A stretch of DNA of 64,000 nt, from contig OX597834.1 in the NCBI GenBank assembly GCA_951406725.2, positions 32,612,001-32,676,000 on the forward strand, in the 5' to 3' direction. Below, piece after piece: positions 38,914 through 53,167 of this stretch. Origin of the DNA: Octopus vulgaris. Lineage: Eukaryota. Position 1 is the stretch's first letter, and each line of letters opens with the position of its first letter. Below the pieces are notes generated by a model. That model was given only the letters and a program-made list of their open reading frames with translations. It did no database searches and was not told where the DNA came from. The translations under genes and the position numbers were made by a program.

Positions 38914-39308
38914 TCTTGTATCCCAGCCGTAAGGCTTCATTTCCACACACGCCAGTTTAATTTAATTTGTCCTTAGTCGAAAGACACCTGCTGTTATGTC
39001 CTGTTATTATTTTTATTGTATGTGTGTAACATTGTCTGTTTTCTTCCTTCCTTGTTTCTGTATAAATTCGCTGCTTTCTTCCAAAGAATCTAATGCTCTT
39101 AGCTTAGTTTTTCCTTGGTGGCTGGCCAGATTGGTGCAATCTCAAGTATAATCAGCTGAAATTGCGAAGATAATCTGGCACTTGACTGAGGAAAGAAAAC
39201 TCCGAATGACCCGTCCTTGTTTTCTTTGCATTGTTTATCTGGATGTTTTGTTGTCCCATTTTTGTATCACCTAACTGTCCGGATGTTTTGCATTCTAGTC
39301 CCATTTTG

Positions 39309-39316
<8 letters not shown>
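38914..39316. mobile_element. (TA)n-embedded repeat remnant, probably a Penelope-like terminal region
   Basis: T-rich segment bounded by TA tracts with an internal duplicated ggatgttttg...gtcccatttt; classification is inference. Confidence 0.35.
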
Positions 39317-39360
<44 letters not shown>

Positions 39361-39394
39361 CATACATACATACATACATGTAGATATATAGTCA

Positions 39395-39446
<52 letters not shown>

Positions 39447-39687
39447 CACACATGCATATATATATATATGTAGATATATACACATGTGTGCATATATATA
39501 TGTATATATATACATGCTTGCACATATTGATGCGTGTGTGTTAATGTTTGATTTGTTCAGTTACAGTCAAGAGCATATTTACATTATTCTGATGGTTTAC
39601 TCTAAACAGTCCAATGATGGCTTAACTGGCCGAAAATTCAAAGTCACTATCAACAACATTGTTATTAAGAATATACATATTATACCA

Positions 39688-39852
39688 GGAGTGGCTGTGT
39701 GGTAAGTAGCTTGCTAACCAACCACATTGTTCCGGGTTCAGTCCCACTGCATGGCATCTTGGGCAAATGTCTTCTGTTTTAGCCCCGGGCCGACCAATGC
39801 CTTGTGAGTGGATTTGGTAGACGGAAACTGAAAGAAGCCTGTCGTATATATG

Positions 39853-39887
<35 letters not shown>

Positions 39888-40088
39888 TTGTGTGTCTGTG
39901 TTTGTCCCCCTAGCATTACTTGACAACCGATGCTGGTATGGTTACGTCCCCGTCACTTAGCGGTTCGGCAAAAGAGACCGATAGAATAAGTACTGGGCTT
40001 ACAAAGAATAAGTCCCGGGGTCGATTTGCTCGACTAAAGGTGGTGCTCCAGCATGGCCGCAGTCAAATGACTGAAACAAGTAAAAGAG
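39688..40088 (+). mobile_element. Young SINE family A, full length
   Basis: Near reverse complement of 37440-37851 and 46648-47085. Confidence 0.92.
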
Positions 40089-40461
40089 AAAAAAAGAGAA
40101 AAGAGATACATACATACATACATACATATATATCTATATCTATCTATCTATCTATCTATCTATATATATATATATATATATATATGTTTATGTATATATA
40201 TATGTGTTTGTATGTATGTATAACCTGTAACACATATGACTGGAGTATAACACATTCTGACAACTTTGCAGTTGAGGAAAATAATTTTAACAAAAGAGCC
40301 TAATAAACAATTCTATTCTCAGAGTTTCAACATAAATTTGTGTTTGTGTGCGTGTACATACACATACACATGTAGTACATATATACATATACATACTCAC
40401 ACACATATATCACATGATGGATGTATGTATGCATATATACGTACATATGTGTGTGTGTGTG

Positions 40462-40497
<36 letters not shown>

Positions 40498-40799
40498 GTA
40501 TAAAATGTATATGTCTATATGTATACAAACTGACAAGTCTATTTATGTGTCGATCTACTTATCTATCTATCTATCTACCTCTCTAGCTATCTATCTATCT
40601 ATCTATCTATCTTTCTACCTACCTATCTATCTATCTATTATCTTTCTACCTACCTATCTATCTATTTATCTATCAACCTACCTATCTATCTATCTATCTA
40701 TCTATCTACCTATCTATCTATCTATCTATCTATTTATCTATCTATCCATCCATCCATCTAAAATCTATCTAACTGGCTGGCTGACTATCTATCTATCTA

Positions 40800-40848
<49 letters not shown>

Positions 40849-40873
40849 ATGAATATATATATATATCAGTCTA

Positions 40874-40911
<38 letters not shown>

Positions 40912-41231
40912 TAGATAGATAGATAGATATTTGTATATTTATCTGTTTATCTAACTGACTGGCTGTTTATCTATCTATCTATCTATCTATCTGGCATATG
41001 TGTGTGTGTGTGTGTGTACTCACTCCCAACATTTAGAGACAGGTCATGCACATAGTGATCAGTGGTATGTGCACAAACATAGAGCAAAGTCATGTACACA
41101 CCCATCAGTTCTACATACATACCTACATACGCACATACACGCACACACACATCAACACAGACACACAGACACACACACACACACACATATACGGAAAAAG
41201 AGGTTTTTGTATACGTATGTGTATGTATGTA

Positions 41232-41286
<55 letters not shown>

Positions 41287-41619
41287 TTGTGTGTGTGTAC
41301 ACACACATATATATATGTATATACAAAGAGAGAGAGGGGGAAAGAGAGATTGATGTGTATGTGTGTACAAATTTAATTGTCTATAAATGTGTATATGTGT
41401 GTGCGAACACACACACCCACCCACACACACACACATATATAAATATATATATATATATATATACATACATACGTATGTTTATGATACACACACACACGCA
41501 CATATATATATATATATATATACATATACATGTGTATGATGCTACATACATACACAGATACACACACACACATATACACACACATACATATACACACACA
41601 CATATACACACACACATAT

Positions 41620-41660
<41 letters not shown>

Positions 41661-42479
41661 TACACACACACACACACACATATATACACGCACTCATTCA
41701 TAGACACGTATGTGGGTGGTTGTTGCTACTGATCTAATTCTGTTTCAGCTGTTGTTGTTGTTACTGCTGCTGTTGTTGTTGTTGTTGTTGTTTCTGATGG
41801 TAATGCAGTCAGCGTTGCAGTAGCTGCTGCTGCAAGGCGATGGTGGCGGTCGTGTCGGTGCTGGTGTGCACATATTACCAGCAGTGTCAACATCATCTCC
41901 ACCACCACCACCAACACCACCACCACTACTACCACCACCACCGCCATCACTACTACACTGTCAGTTGCAGTACACATGTACTAAGCCAGCGCAGCAGCAG
42001 CACCAAGAGCAGCAGCAGAAGTAGAAGCAACAGCTGCTGCTGGTGCCGCTGCTGTTCTTGTTGTCATCGTTGCCATCGCTGCCACCACCACCACCACCGC
42101 CGCCACAATCGTTACCCCCCCATGCCACTATCACTTATGACCACTTCTACCACCGCCACAACCACCTGTTTTGACCACCACTAACTACCACTGCCGATAC
42201 CATCTCGACCGTTGAGGTGATTACTACCGCCACAACCACCTGTGCGATCACCGTTACCTACTACCGCCAATACCATCGTGACCGTCACGGCAGCTACTAC
42301 TACCGCCACAACCACCTGTATGATCACCACTGACAATACCATCGCAATTTATGCAACTTCTACCACTTCAGCGCAACCACCCACACAGACATCACTACTA
42401 CTATGACCAACACTGCCACGTGTACCACTGATACCGAAACCACCACCACCCCATCCAATATAATTGCTTTTTGTACGTC

Positions 42480-43765
42480 TACCACTAATACCACCACCTC
42501 AAATATGGCAATCATCAATACCATCATCACTACCACCAATACCGTTAGTACACCAGTACCAGCACTGTCACTATGACCACTATCCATACCATCAATACCA
42601 TTGGTCTCATCATCATCATCATCAGTACCACTTGCCATAAGCTACCTCTGTACCAATACCACCCCCACTACAACTGCAACCATCATCAATACCATTGGTG
42701 GTATTTCTAATGTTGCCAATACCATCAGTATGATAGTACCAGTGTTGCCACTAAGATGTCCACCATCGATACCATTGGTTCCGCCACCACCGCCACCATT
42801 GCTATGACCAATGACAATATGATTGATGTAATCACCATTAACATCATACCATCAACAATATGATCTGATCTCTCCACCTGTACTACCACCAATACCATCA
42901 GTACAAGTGCGATGAACACCACCATCACTACCACTATGACCACTATCCATACCACCACGACCACCACCACAAATATGGTAATCATCAATACCACCACTAC
43001 CATCAATACCATTAGTACACCAGTATCAGTATTGCCTCTCCCGCAAGGACCAGTATCCATACCATCAATGCCACGACCACCACGACTACCAATATCATTA
43101 GCATTAGTACACCAGTACCAACACTACCACTATGAGCACTATCCATACCATCAATACCACCATCACCAATATTACCAATATCATTAGTATACCAGTACCA
43201 CCACTGTCACTACCACTATGCATACCATCAATACCATTAGTATACCAGTATCAGCACTTCCACTGGTAAAACCACTGTGACCACCACCATTACCAATACC
43301 ATTATTAATACCACCATCACTACCACCAATATTATCAATACCATTAGTACCCCAGTACCAATACTACCACTATCCATACCGTCAATACCACCACCGCAAA
43401 TATGATTACCATCAATACCATCGCTAGCATCACTCTTCCACCGTTACCGATACCATTATCAATACCACCACCATTACTAATACCATTAGCACCCCAGTAC
43501 CAACACTACCACTACGACCACTATCCATACCATCAATACCACCACCGCAAACATGATTACCATCAATACCACCACCATTACTAATACCATTAGCATCCCA
43601 GTACCAACACTACCACTACGACCACTATCCATACCATCAATACCACCACCACCAGCATCACTCTCCCACCATTACCAATACCATTAGTACATCAGCACCA
43701 GTGCCGGCACCGCCGCCAAAACCACCACTGCCACTGCTATGACCACCATCAATACCATCAGTGCA
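42480..43765. repeat. Cryptic ACC-rich minisatellite region
   Basis: Recurrent ccagtaccaacactaccacta(c/t)gaccactatccataccatcaataccaccacc; ~105-bp period at 43490-43650. Confidence 0.75.
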
Positions 43766-44274
43766 TCAGTACGCAGAGAAACATTAACACAAGTCGTTAC
43801 AGAGTGATATAAACAGCCATATGATGAAATCATATGGCCGTGTTGTTGCTGTTAGTGTTGTTGTCTCTGCTGCTGCTGTTGTTGCTGTCGCTGTCGAGCC
43901 CCGCAGGTCAACCCTCATCAAAGTGACCCCTTATCACGAGTGTTTTCAGCTGTGACCTCCCACATTTTGTATTTTGTGATTTTTATGTTTTAGGGGGGGG
44001 GGGCACCTACAAAAACAGAAATAAAACAGAAAAAAAAACCTCTCCACATCCAACCGATGTGTTTTGTTGTTATTATATAACAGCATATTAAAAATGGTAA
44101 TGTAGTCGTCTCTTCGTAACGGTTTACCGCAGTGCACTTGGTCTGGTGCAACAAGGAACACCAAGGCGCACCACAGATGTCTTCCTTTTTTTTTTGTTGT
44201 TGTTGTTGTTGTTGTTTTTTTCTTCCTAAATATAAAGCAAGGCATTTTTTTTCTTCTCTTACTGTTCCTTTAAT

Positions 44275-44643
44275 CTTTAATTTGTTGCAGTCCTCGGACT
44301 GCGGCCAAGCTGGGGCACCACCTCAGAGGGTTTTAGTCACTTGATTCAACCCCGATACTTATATATATATATATATCTTCTTTTTTTTTTTGTAAGTCTG
44401 GTATTTATGATAATTGTTATCTTGTGCCAAGCTGTTAAGTTACAGGGACATAAACAAACCAATACCAGTTGTCAAGTGGCTAGTTTACAGGGAAGGCAGC
44501 ACATAAACATAAAGACACAGACACACACACACACACACATACATATACAGATACATTTATCTTTTATTTGTTGCAGTTATTAGGCTGTGGCCATGCTGGG
44601 GCACCACCTTGAAGGATTTTAGTTAAATAATTCAATCCCAGTA

Positions 44644-44686
<43 letters not shown>

Positions 44687-45850
44687 TTGTAAGTCTGATG
44701 TTTTTGCTATCTTGTGCCAAGCTGCTAAGTTAGAGGGACATAAACAAACAAACACCAGTTGTCAAGTGGTTGGCAGAGGAGGGGCAAACAAACATAAACA
44801 CACACACACACACAGATATAGACACTTTTATCTTTTACTTGTTGCAGTTGTTGGACTGTGGCCATGCTGGGGCACCACCTTGAAGGGTTTCAGTCGAACC
44901 ATTTCAACCCCAGTACTTTTTCTTTCAAAGCCTTGTACTTATTTTATCCATCTGTTTTGCTGAACCACTAAGTCACAGGGAGTAAACACATCAACACTGG
45001 TTGTCAAGCAGTGGTGGTGGAGGGCTGGGGCAAACACAAACATAAATACACACACACACACACACATGATGGGGATGTAAACAAACCAACACCAGTTGCC
45101 AAGTGGTTGGAGGGGTGGGGGTACACAAACATAAAAACACACACACACATATACTTTTATGTTTGCTAGTTTCAGTTATTAGACTGTGGCCATGCTGGGG
45201 CACCACATTGATGGGTTTTAGTCAAACAAAATGACTTCAGTACATTTTTTTTTAAAGTCTGCTACTTATTCTATCACTCGCTTTTGCCAAACTGCTAAGC
45301 CTGATACATATTCTATCACTCTTTCCTGCCAAACTGCTAAGTTACAGGGACATAAATAAACCAACACCAGTTGCCAAGTGGTTAACGGTGGAGTGCACAA
45401 ACAAAACCGCACACACACACACATATATACATACATAGGAACGTATCATTTATCTTTTACTTGTTTCAGTCATTGGTCAGTGGCCAAGCTGGAGCACTGT
45501 CTTGAAGGGTTTTGGTCAAACAATTCAACCCTAGTGTTTACATTTCTTTTTTTTTTTTTTTCTAGCCTGGTACTCATGTTATTGGACCCTTTTGCTGAAC
45601 TGCTAAGTTATGGGGATGTAAACAAACAAACACTGGTTATTAAGCAGTGGTGGTGTCAGGGGACACCCAAGCACAATACATGCCTATCTTGGTTTGTTTA
45701 CGTCCCCACGACTTAGTGGTTTGGCAAAAGAGACTGCCAGTGTGTAGCCAGACTTAAAAATAAGTACAGGAGTCAATTTGTACAAAGAAATTCTTCAAGA
45801 TGGTGCTCCAGCATGGCTCTAGTTCAATGACTAAAACAAATAAAAAAGAA
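44275..45850. mobile_element. Array of ~6 head-less 3' halves of SINE family A
   Basis: Repeated tgtggccatgctggggcaccacc...gctaagtta...aaacaaaccaacaccagttgtcaagtgg units separated by (CA)n; a final copy is in the opposite orientation. Confidence 0.8.
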
Positions 45851-45974
45851 AAGATTAAAACAAAAAAAAAGAACAGAAAAGCCTTGGTAATTCTTGTTCA
45901 TTTAATCCTTTTGATTAAATGAACTGCTGCACACCCACCCATGGCCTCTGCAATATAAACTTCCTCTTTTAAAA

Positions 45975-46350
45975 TGGTCTCAATCAAAGCCTTCCCATCA
46001 AAATTTCATGCTAACTAATTCCAAACACCAGATTAAAATAAAGAATTATTTTACTAAATTCATTATTTTCAAAATTACTTGAAACGAAAGCCATGTATTT
46101 CAAAATAAATACAGTAACGAAATGGTTAAACTGATCTAAATTGGAACCTGCCACCAAAATTACATGCTAATTTATGTTCTAAACACCAGATTAATTAGTG
46201 ACAGTTATTTTATTAAATTCCTCGTTATTTTCAAAATTAATTGAAACGAAAGCGGTGCATTTCAACAGAAATGTCATGACAAAAGGATTAAAAATTATTT
46301 AAATTAAAACGATCCATGAAAATTTTATGCCAATTTACATTCTAAATGCC
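45975..46350. repeat. Tandem ~155-bp units of an AT-rich MITE-like repeat ending aaa(g)ggttaa
   Basis: catcaaaatttcatg...aaacaccagatta...ttattttcaaaatta...gaaacgaaagc occurs ~2.5 times; same family at 62340-62562 and 62950-63225. Confidence 0.7.
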
Positions 46351-46647
46351 AGGTTTTTGGAGCATCAGTGTAGTATTTTGTAGTAGAATTGTATTTGTGT
46401 TTCAGGAGTGTTGAAGCAGTGTGGTTTGTAGTGTGTCACTGTAGTGTTCTGTGAGAGTGGACAAATTATGGTTAGGATGTGGCACTCCCAATCACAAGAT
46501 CGTGGTTTTGATTCCTGGTTCAGGTGGTGCGTTATGTTCTTGTGCAAAGCATTTCATCTCACGATGCTCTGCGGTCACTTTAACTCCTCATACGTGGCAC
46601 ACTGTGCACCTGATAACGGGAGTGAGCCAATGTACAACACAAACATT

Positions 46648-46855
46648 TTACTCTTTTACTTGTTTCAGTCATTTGACTGTGGCCATGCTGGAGCACCGCC
46701 TTTAGTCGAGCAAATCGACCCTGGGACTTATTCTTTGTAAGCCCAGTACTTATTCTATCGGTCTCTTTTGTCGAACCGCTAGGTGACAGGGACGTAAATA
46801 CACCAGCATCGGTTGTCAAGCAATGCTAGGGGGACAAACACAGACACACAAACAT

Positions 46856-46915
<60 letters not shown>

Positions 46916-47085
46916 ATATATACGACAGGCTTCTTTCAGTTTCTGTCTACCAAATCCACTCACAAGGCATTGGTCGGCCCGGGGCTATAGCAGAAGACAC
47001 TTGCCCAAGATGCCACGCAGTGGGACTGAACCCGGAACCATGTGGTTGGTCAGCAAGCTACTTACCACACAGCCACTCCTGCGCC
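46648..47085 (-). mobile_element. Young SINE family A, full length
   Basis: Near-consensus copy, inserted after a family D fragment (46465-46620). Confidence 0.92.
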
Positions 47086-47169
47086 TATTGATCACAATAA
47101 GCAAATCATTCGTGCAGGTTGATCAGCAACAAATTGCAGAATCGTCCTTCTTGGACTACAAGAGACTGC

Positions 47170-47835
47170 TGCCATCATAGCAGTATTCTGCTTTGTTGCA
47201 ACAAGCAGTGTTCTGAAATACTATATTAGTTTCTGGAGTGTTTTAGCAGAATTTTAGGAGTGTTAAGGTGGCAAGCTGGCAGAAATGTTAACACACTGGG
47301 CAAAATACTTAGCAGTATTTCGACTATCTTTATGTTCTAAGTTCAAATTCTGCCGAGGTCGACTTTGCCTTTCATCCTTTTGGGGTCGATAAATTAAGTA
47401 CCAGTTGCATACCTCGCCCCCAAACTTTCAGGCCTTCTGCCTACAGTAGAAAAGAATTTTAGGTGTATTGTAGCAGTGTGGGAGCAGTGGCATGGAGCAC
47501 TGAAGCAATATCCTGAAGTGTCACTATAAATGTTCTGGAGTGCTTTTGTAGTGGCCTTGAGTGTCACAACAGTATTCCCAGGATGACACAGCAATATCTT
47601 GGAGTGCTATAACAATGTCCTGGAGTGTTGCAATAACATCCTGGAGTATTGCACAGTGCACAGAAGTGCCATAGCAGTGCTCTAGAATGTTGACCTAGGG
47701 CACTGTAACAGTGTAACCAGCATGTTATGGCATGGTTCTGGAATGTAGCAGCAGTGTTGGATTTGTGTTAGAGTGGTATTTTAGTGTGTTGTAGTAGTGT
47801 TTTAGTGTATCATACTATTGTTCTAGTGTGCTGGT
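47170..47835. repeat. Degenerate ~21-bp minisatellite (gcagtgttctggagtgtt..) interrupted by a family B SINE at 47266-47455
   Basis: ctggagtg/ctagaatg/ctggaatg motifs in ~21-bp register; related sequence at 46355-46455. Confidence 0.55.
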
Positions 47836-48439
47836 GCCACATTAAAAGCACTGATGATGGTTCCATGTAAAATGCACTGGTGATAGTGTCACACAAAAAG
47901 CACCCAATACACTCTGTGAAGTGGTTGGCATTAGGAAGAGTATCCAGCTGAAGAAACCAGGCCAAAACAGACTACAGAACCTTGCGCAGCTCCTGGCTTT
48001 ACCCTTCTTGTCAAACTGTCCAACCCATGCCAGCATGGAAAAAACAGATGTTAAACGTGAATGACAATGACGATGACGTGCTGTAAAAGAGAGTTTCTAG
48101 ACATCCAAGAGCAGCTGGACACATGCCGATGTGAGTGTGGTCAGTGTTTATGTTGATGATAGTCTACGGTCAGTGATAGCTAGTGGTCAGCTATGGCTTC
48201 TTGTGTCTACGATAGCTCATCAGTTATGGCTTGTTGATAAAACAGCATTGTAAATATTTAATAACCACACAACACATTCACAACACGCCCACACAAAGAG
48301 ACAGAAACGACAGTCACAAGTTAACATCACTCACGCTGTTTACCAAAGCTTACGTATATAAACACACATGAAATACACACACATAGATATACATATGTAT
48401 ATACTCAGGGGTTTTTTTTTTAGCAATAGACAAATTCTT

Positions 48440-48816
48440 TTCTTTGTTTCAGCCATTTGACTGTGGCCATGCTGGAGCACCGCCTTTAGTCGAACAAATT
48501 GACCCCAGGACTTATTCTTTGTAAGCCCAGTACTTATTCTATCGGTATCTTTTTGCTGAACCACTAAGTTACGAGAACATAAACACATCAACATCAATTG
48601 TCAAGTGATGGTGGTGGTGGTGGAGTGGGACAAACACACACACACACACATACATGTATATATATGACAGGCTGCTTTCAGTTTCCATCTACCAAATCCA
48701 CTCACAAGGCTTTGGTCAGCCTGAGGCTACAGCAGAAGACACTTGCCCGAGGCACCACGCAGTGGGACTGAACCCGGAACCATGTGGTTGGGAAGCAAGC
48801 TTCATACTACACAGCC
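48440..48816 (-). mobile_element. SINE family A
   Basis: Full head-to-tail homology with the other A copies. Confidence 0.9.
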
Positions 48817-49095
48817 AAACATTTTTATGATAGCTTGCATATAAATATGAATACAGCTTAATTTCATTGCACACAGAAACACATTTTTACATTATATATA
48901 TGTATGTGTGTGTGTATATATATATACACACATATATATATCTTCTTTTACTTGTTAGACTGTGGCCATACAGAAGCACTGCTTTGAAGGGTTTTTAATT
49001 AGACAAATTGACCCCAGTATCTATTTTTTTTTTTTTTTGTTGAACAGCTAAAGTTATGGGAATGTATATAAACAGCATTTGTCAAGCAATGGTAG

Positions 49096-49150
<55 letters not shown>

Positions 49151-49372
49151 CGGGCATCTTTCAGTTTCCGTCAACCAAATTCACTCACAAGACTTTGGTT
49201 GGCCTCAGGCTTAGATGTATATGTGTGTATATACATATATAATATAATGTATATAATATATATATATACACACACAAACACATGCATATTATTATTCATA
49301 TACACACACATATATACACTCAAACATAGACATATACATACACGCATACATCTCCCACTCTATGTGCGTGTG

Positions 49373-49435
<63 letters not shown>

Positions 49436-50042
49436 CACATATTTGTAGTCACATACATATACAAAATATATATATATAAAGATACGTGTGTATGTATAAG
49501 AATAAAAATGTGTGTGTGTGTGTGTATATATATAGAGAGAGATGTGGATTTAGGGACACACAGACACACAACTGTATGTTGCAAACTGTTACACAGAAGT
49601 TACAAGGTGGGGCCTGATTCCAAATCCAGATATTTGAGGAAGGGGAAGAGGAGGTGAGAGGCTGAGGGGGTTATTTAAGAGGGTACCAGAGACGGGGTGC
49701 AGGGAAGAGATAGGGGTAGTAGTGATAATGATACAGGTGCACACATGTGTGTGTGTGTGTGTGAAAGAGATGAAATCTTCACTTTCCACGAAAGGAAAAA
49801 GGCCCCTTAAACCCCAAGCCCTGCTCTTATTGAGGAGTAAAGAGAGGTGGATGCTGAAGATGGGTGGGGATGGTTGGCACTAGGTGGGGGTGGGGGGAGC
49901 GGGGGGAAGTGGACGGGATGTAGGATACAGGGGTGGGTTAGGTAGAGGCGTATGTGTGTGTGTACATGTGTGCAAGCATGTGTTTGTGTGTGTGAGAGAG
50001 AAGGAGTGTGTGTAAGAAAGTGTAAGAGAGAGTGAGAAAGTG

Positions 50043-50085
<43 letters not shown>

Positions 50086-50702
50086 GCTGGAGAAGGTTAA
50101 TGTTCATCAAAAATCTCCCTATCATCACCCCTTTACAGGCTGTGACTGGAGGCACACCCCTATTTCAATACCGAGTTGTGTTCACCCTAGCTACCACACA
50201 CACACACACACACACAAATCTGAAGGCACATACACATATAAAACAGTAAGGATTCACACACGCTCACACATAATCTGTAGATACATGCACAACACACATA
50301 GAAATAACTATTCCCACATACATACACATATATAAAACATAGAGGAAGGGTTCACAAGTGCTCATACATACACACATCTTACATATACACAAACACACAC
50401 ACACTCACTCACCACAATCTGTAGACACATATACAATTCAGAGAAAAGACTATTTTCACACACACACATCTTCACATCTTACACACTCATACACACACTT
50501 TGCAGACACATACATACAGCATACAGAAAATACTATTCAGACACACACACACATCTCACAGACTCACACATCTATAGATACACACATATAACATATATAA
50601 AGAACTTTACACTCAAACATCGACATATCTTAGACATGTGTACACACACAGACACACACATATGTAGACACATATGTACAACATACAGGAAAAACACAGC
50701 CA

Positions 50703-50744
<42 letters not shown>

Positions 50745-52202
50745 GCACAGGGTATCGGTTTCAAATTTTCGAAAATCCGCCGCACCCATTTATATATATT
50801 TAAAGGGCAGCAGGGTGTGATTTGAGGGAGGTTTGGCAGCTATTTCTAAGAGGTTGAGAACCATACAGAGAGATTGTTTTACTAGACACATACAGCAAAA
50901 TCCAAAAGCCTCACCCTTAAAACTCAGCTCAACATGGGTGTCTCTATAAGGTCACATGGTTTGCCAGAAATAACAACTAAATCTCTCTTAAATCACAGCT
51001 TACCACAGTAAAAAGCCCCATAGAAATGCCACATTTGAAAATGTCACCCTAGATGCATTAGGCTTAAATAAAAGGTAGGTTGGTCATAATTGGAATGCTT
51101 CTTGTTTTAGGCTCATTAGATCCGTGTTTATTTCAGACATTGAACACGATGACCATACAATAAAGGAACCTCTACATGATTGCTCAAACTGCAAGAAATA
51201 GAAGCCAAAGCTTTCTCGAATAATGCCACCCTACTGTTTTGAAAAAGGAGTACACATTAGATAATATGGCCTTTGATCATCATCATCATCATCATCATCG
51301 GTTAGCGTCTGCTTTCCATGTTAGCATGAGTTGGACGGTTCAACTGGGGTCTGGGAAGCCAGAAGGCTTCATCAGGCCCAGTCAAGTCTGGCAGTGTTTC
51401 TACGGCTGGATGCCCTTCCTAACACCAACCACTCCGTGAGTGTAGTGGGTGCTTTTTTACGTGCCACCGGCACAGGTGCCAGACGAGGCTGGCAGACGGC
51501 CACAATCGGATGGTACTTTTTATGTGCCACCGGCACGAGGACCAGACGGTTGATATATATATATATATATATATAGTTATCTCCCCTTTATCTTGAAAGT
51601 TGCTAACAATTATTGCCAGGTCTTTGTATATGAGTGTGACAGAGGGAGTGTATATGAGAGAGTGAAATTGTGTTTGTGTGTGTGTTTGGTATGACTCAGT
51701 GTTGTCACTGGTGATACAACACTATCTTGCAATGATGTTTATATTGTTGCTGTAGTTGTGGTGGTGATGGTGGTGGTGGTGGTGGCAGTGGTGGCTGTAG
51801 TGATGTCCTTCAGCTGATTGATGTGAAAGTAAGCAATGTGATTGAAAGTGTCAATGACCAGGCAACAACAGATAAGTAGGTATCGGTGGAGTTAATGCAT
51901 GGAATATTTTAAAAGTTCGAGGAGCAGAATAAAATATGTCGCCCAAAAATAAATCAATAAATAAATAAAGTAAAACTAGAATGAAAATAAAATAAAAACA
52001 AAAGACAAAACAACATTCGTTGATGACTAATATTGCTTGTTTTCTTCATTTTTGCAACAAATATGGAAGATAATCTTGGACATGCTTCCACTTTTTTTTG
52101 GTGTCATTAGCAGAAGTTTGTCCTCTACTGTAATTTTCTGATGCAGTAGCAAAAGCCAAAAAAATTAAGAGGAATTGCTAAGCATGTATTAGAGAAACAA
52201 AT

Positions 52203-52275
<73 letters not shown>

Positions 52276-52611
52276 CCATCATCATCACCATCATCATCAC
52301 CATCATCATCATCATCATCATTATTATTATTATTACTTTTATCATTTTAATATAGAAATGAAATAATTCTATGATGGCGCTCACATGATTAACAAACAGT
52401 AAATATTTAATGCAGCAAAGTGCCAAGTACTGGATATGACAGGAGTAATAATGTATCAAAGACAGAGAAGTCGGTGGTAGATTTGTCTTGGTAGTAACAA
52501 GCTGTGCTACAACAGGGGCCATGGTACTCTGGTTTAGCAGGGGTGATGACTGGAATTGTCAAAATAACGAGCAATGTCTCCTTGGAAAATTATTCAAAGC
52601 CTGATCCTTAA

Positions 52612-52832
52612 CCCTTTGGTATTCAGATTACTTTGTCAAATTTAATCCTTATTTTCTTACATTGTTTTGAATTAATCATGCATTATCTTCTCGCTTCAAG
52701 ATTGCAATAATGTGAATGTATTTTTTGTAGAATGACATTGTAGGGTAAGTGTGAGAGGCCAGATTTGGTTAGTTTGATCATAAAGCAGGTAGAATATTAG
52801 GGCTGGGCATGGCTAGTTTAAATGTTAAAGTG
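52612..52832. mobile_element. piggyBac-type MITE (same family as 24339, opposite orientation)
   Basis: TTAA (52608-11)-ccctttggtatt ... aatgttaaagtg-TTAA (52833-36); partial copies at ~33010-33130 and ~54810-54968. Confidence 0.8.
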
Positions 52833-53167
52833 TTAATGTCCTGAGCTATAGTTTCAGTCCTCGAACAGAACAAACCACACAAATAGATTGGAATGTGTGA
52901 AGGCTATTTTAAGGATAGGTAGTAGCTGAGTGCATCAGAGAACTGTGGCTACAACAGGAGTCACTGTGTTCTGGTTTACAATATGGGGGGATAATTAAAC
53001 TTGTCAAAATAATAAGTAATATCTCCTTGGAAGTTTATGCTAAGCTTGATTCCTAATGTACTGTGTTATGATCTCAGTCCTCAAAGACACACAAACCTAA
53101 AAATGATACATTGGCATGTGTGAAGGCAACTTTAAACGTAGGTCCACTGTTAGACATGCAGACAAAA

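Noticed and set aside
39185-39216. CTGAGGA...GAAT...GTC as another hammerhead
   Set aside because: Stem II does not pair, GAAA is absent and there is no convincing stem I.
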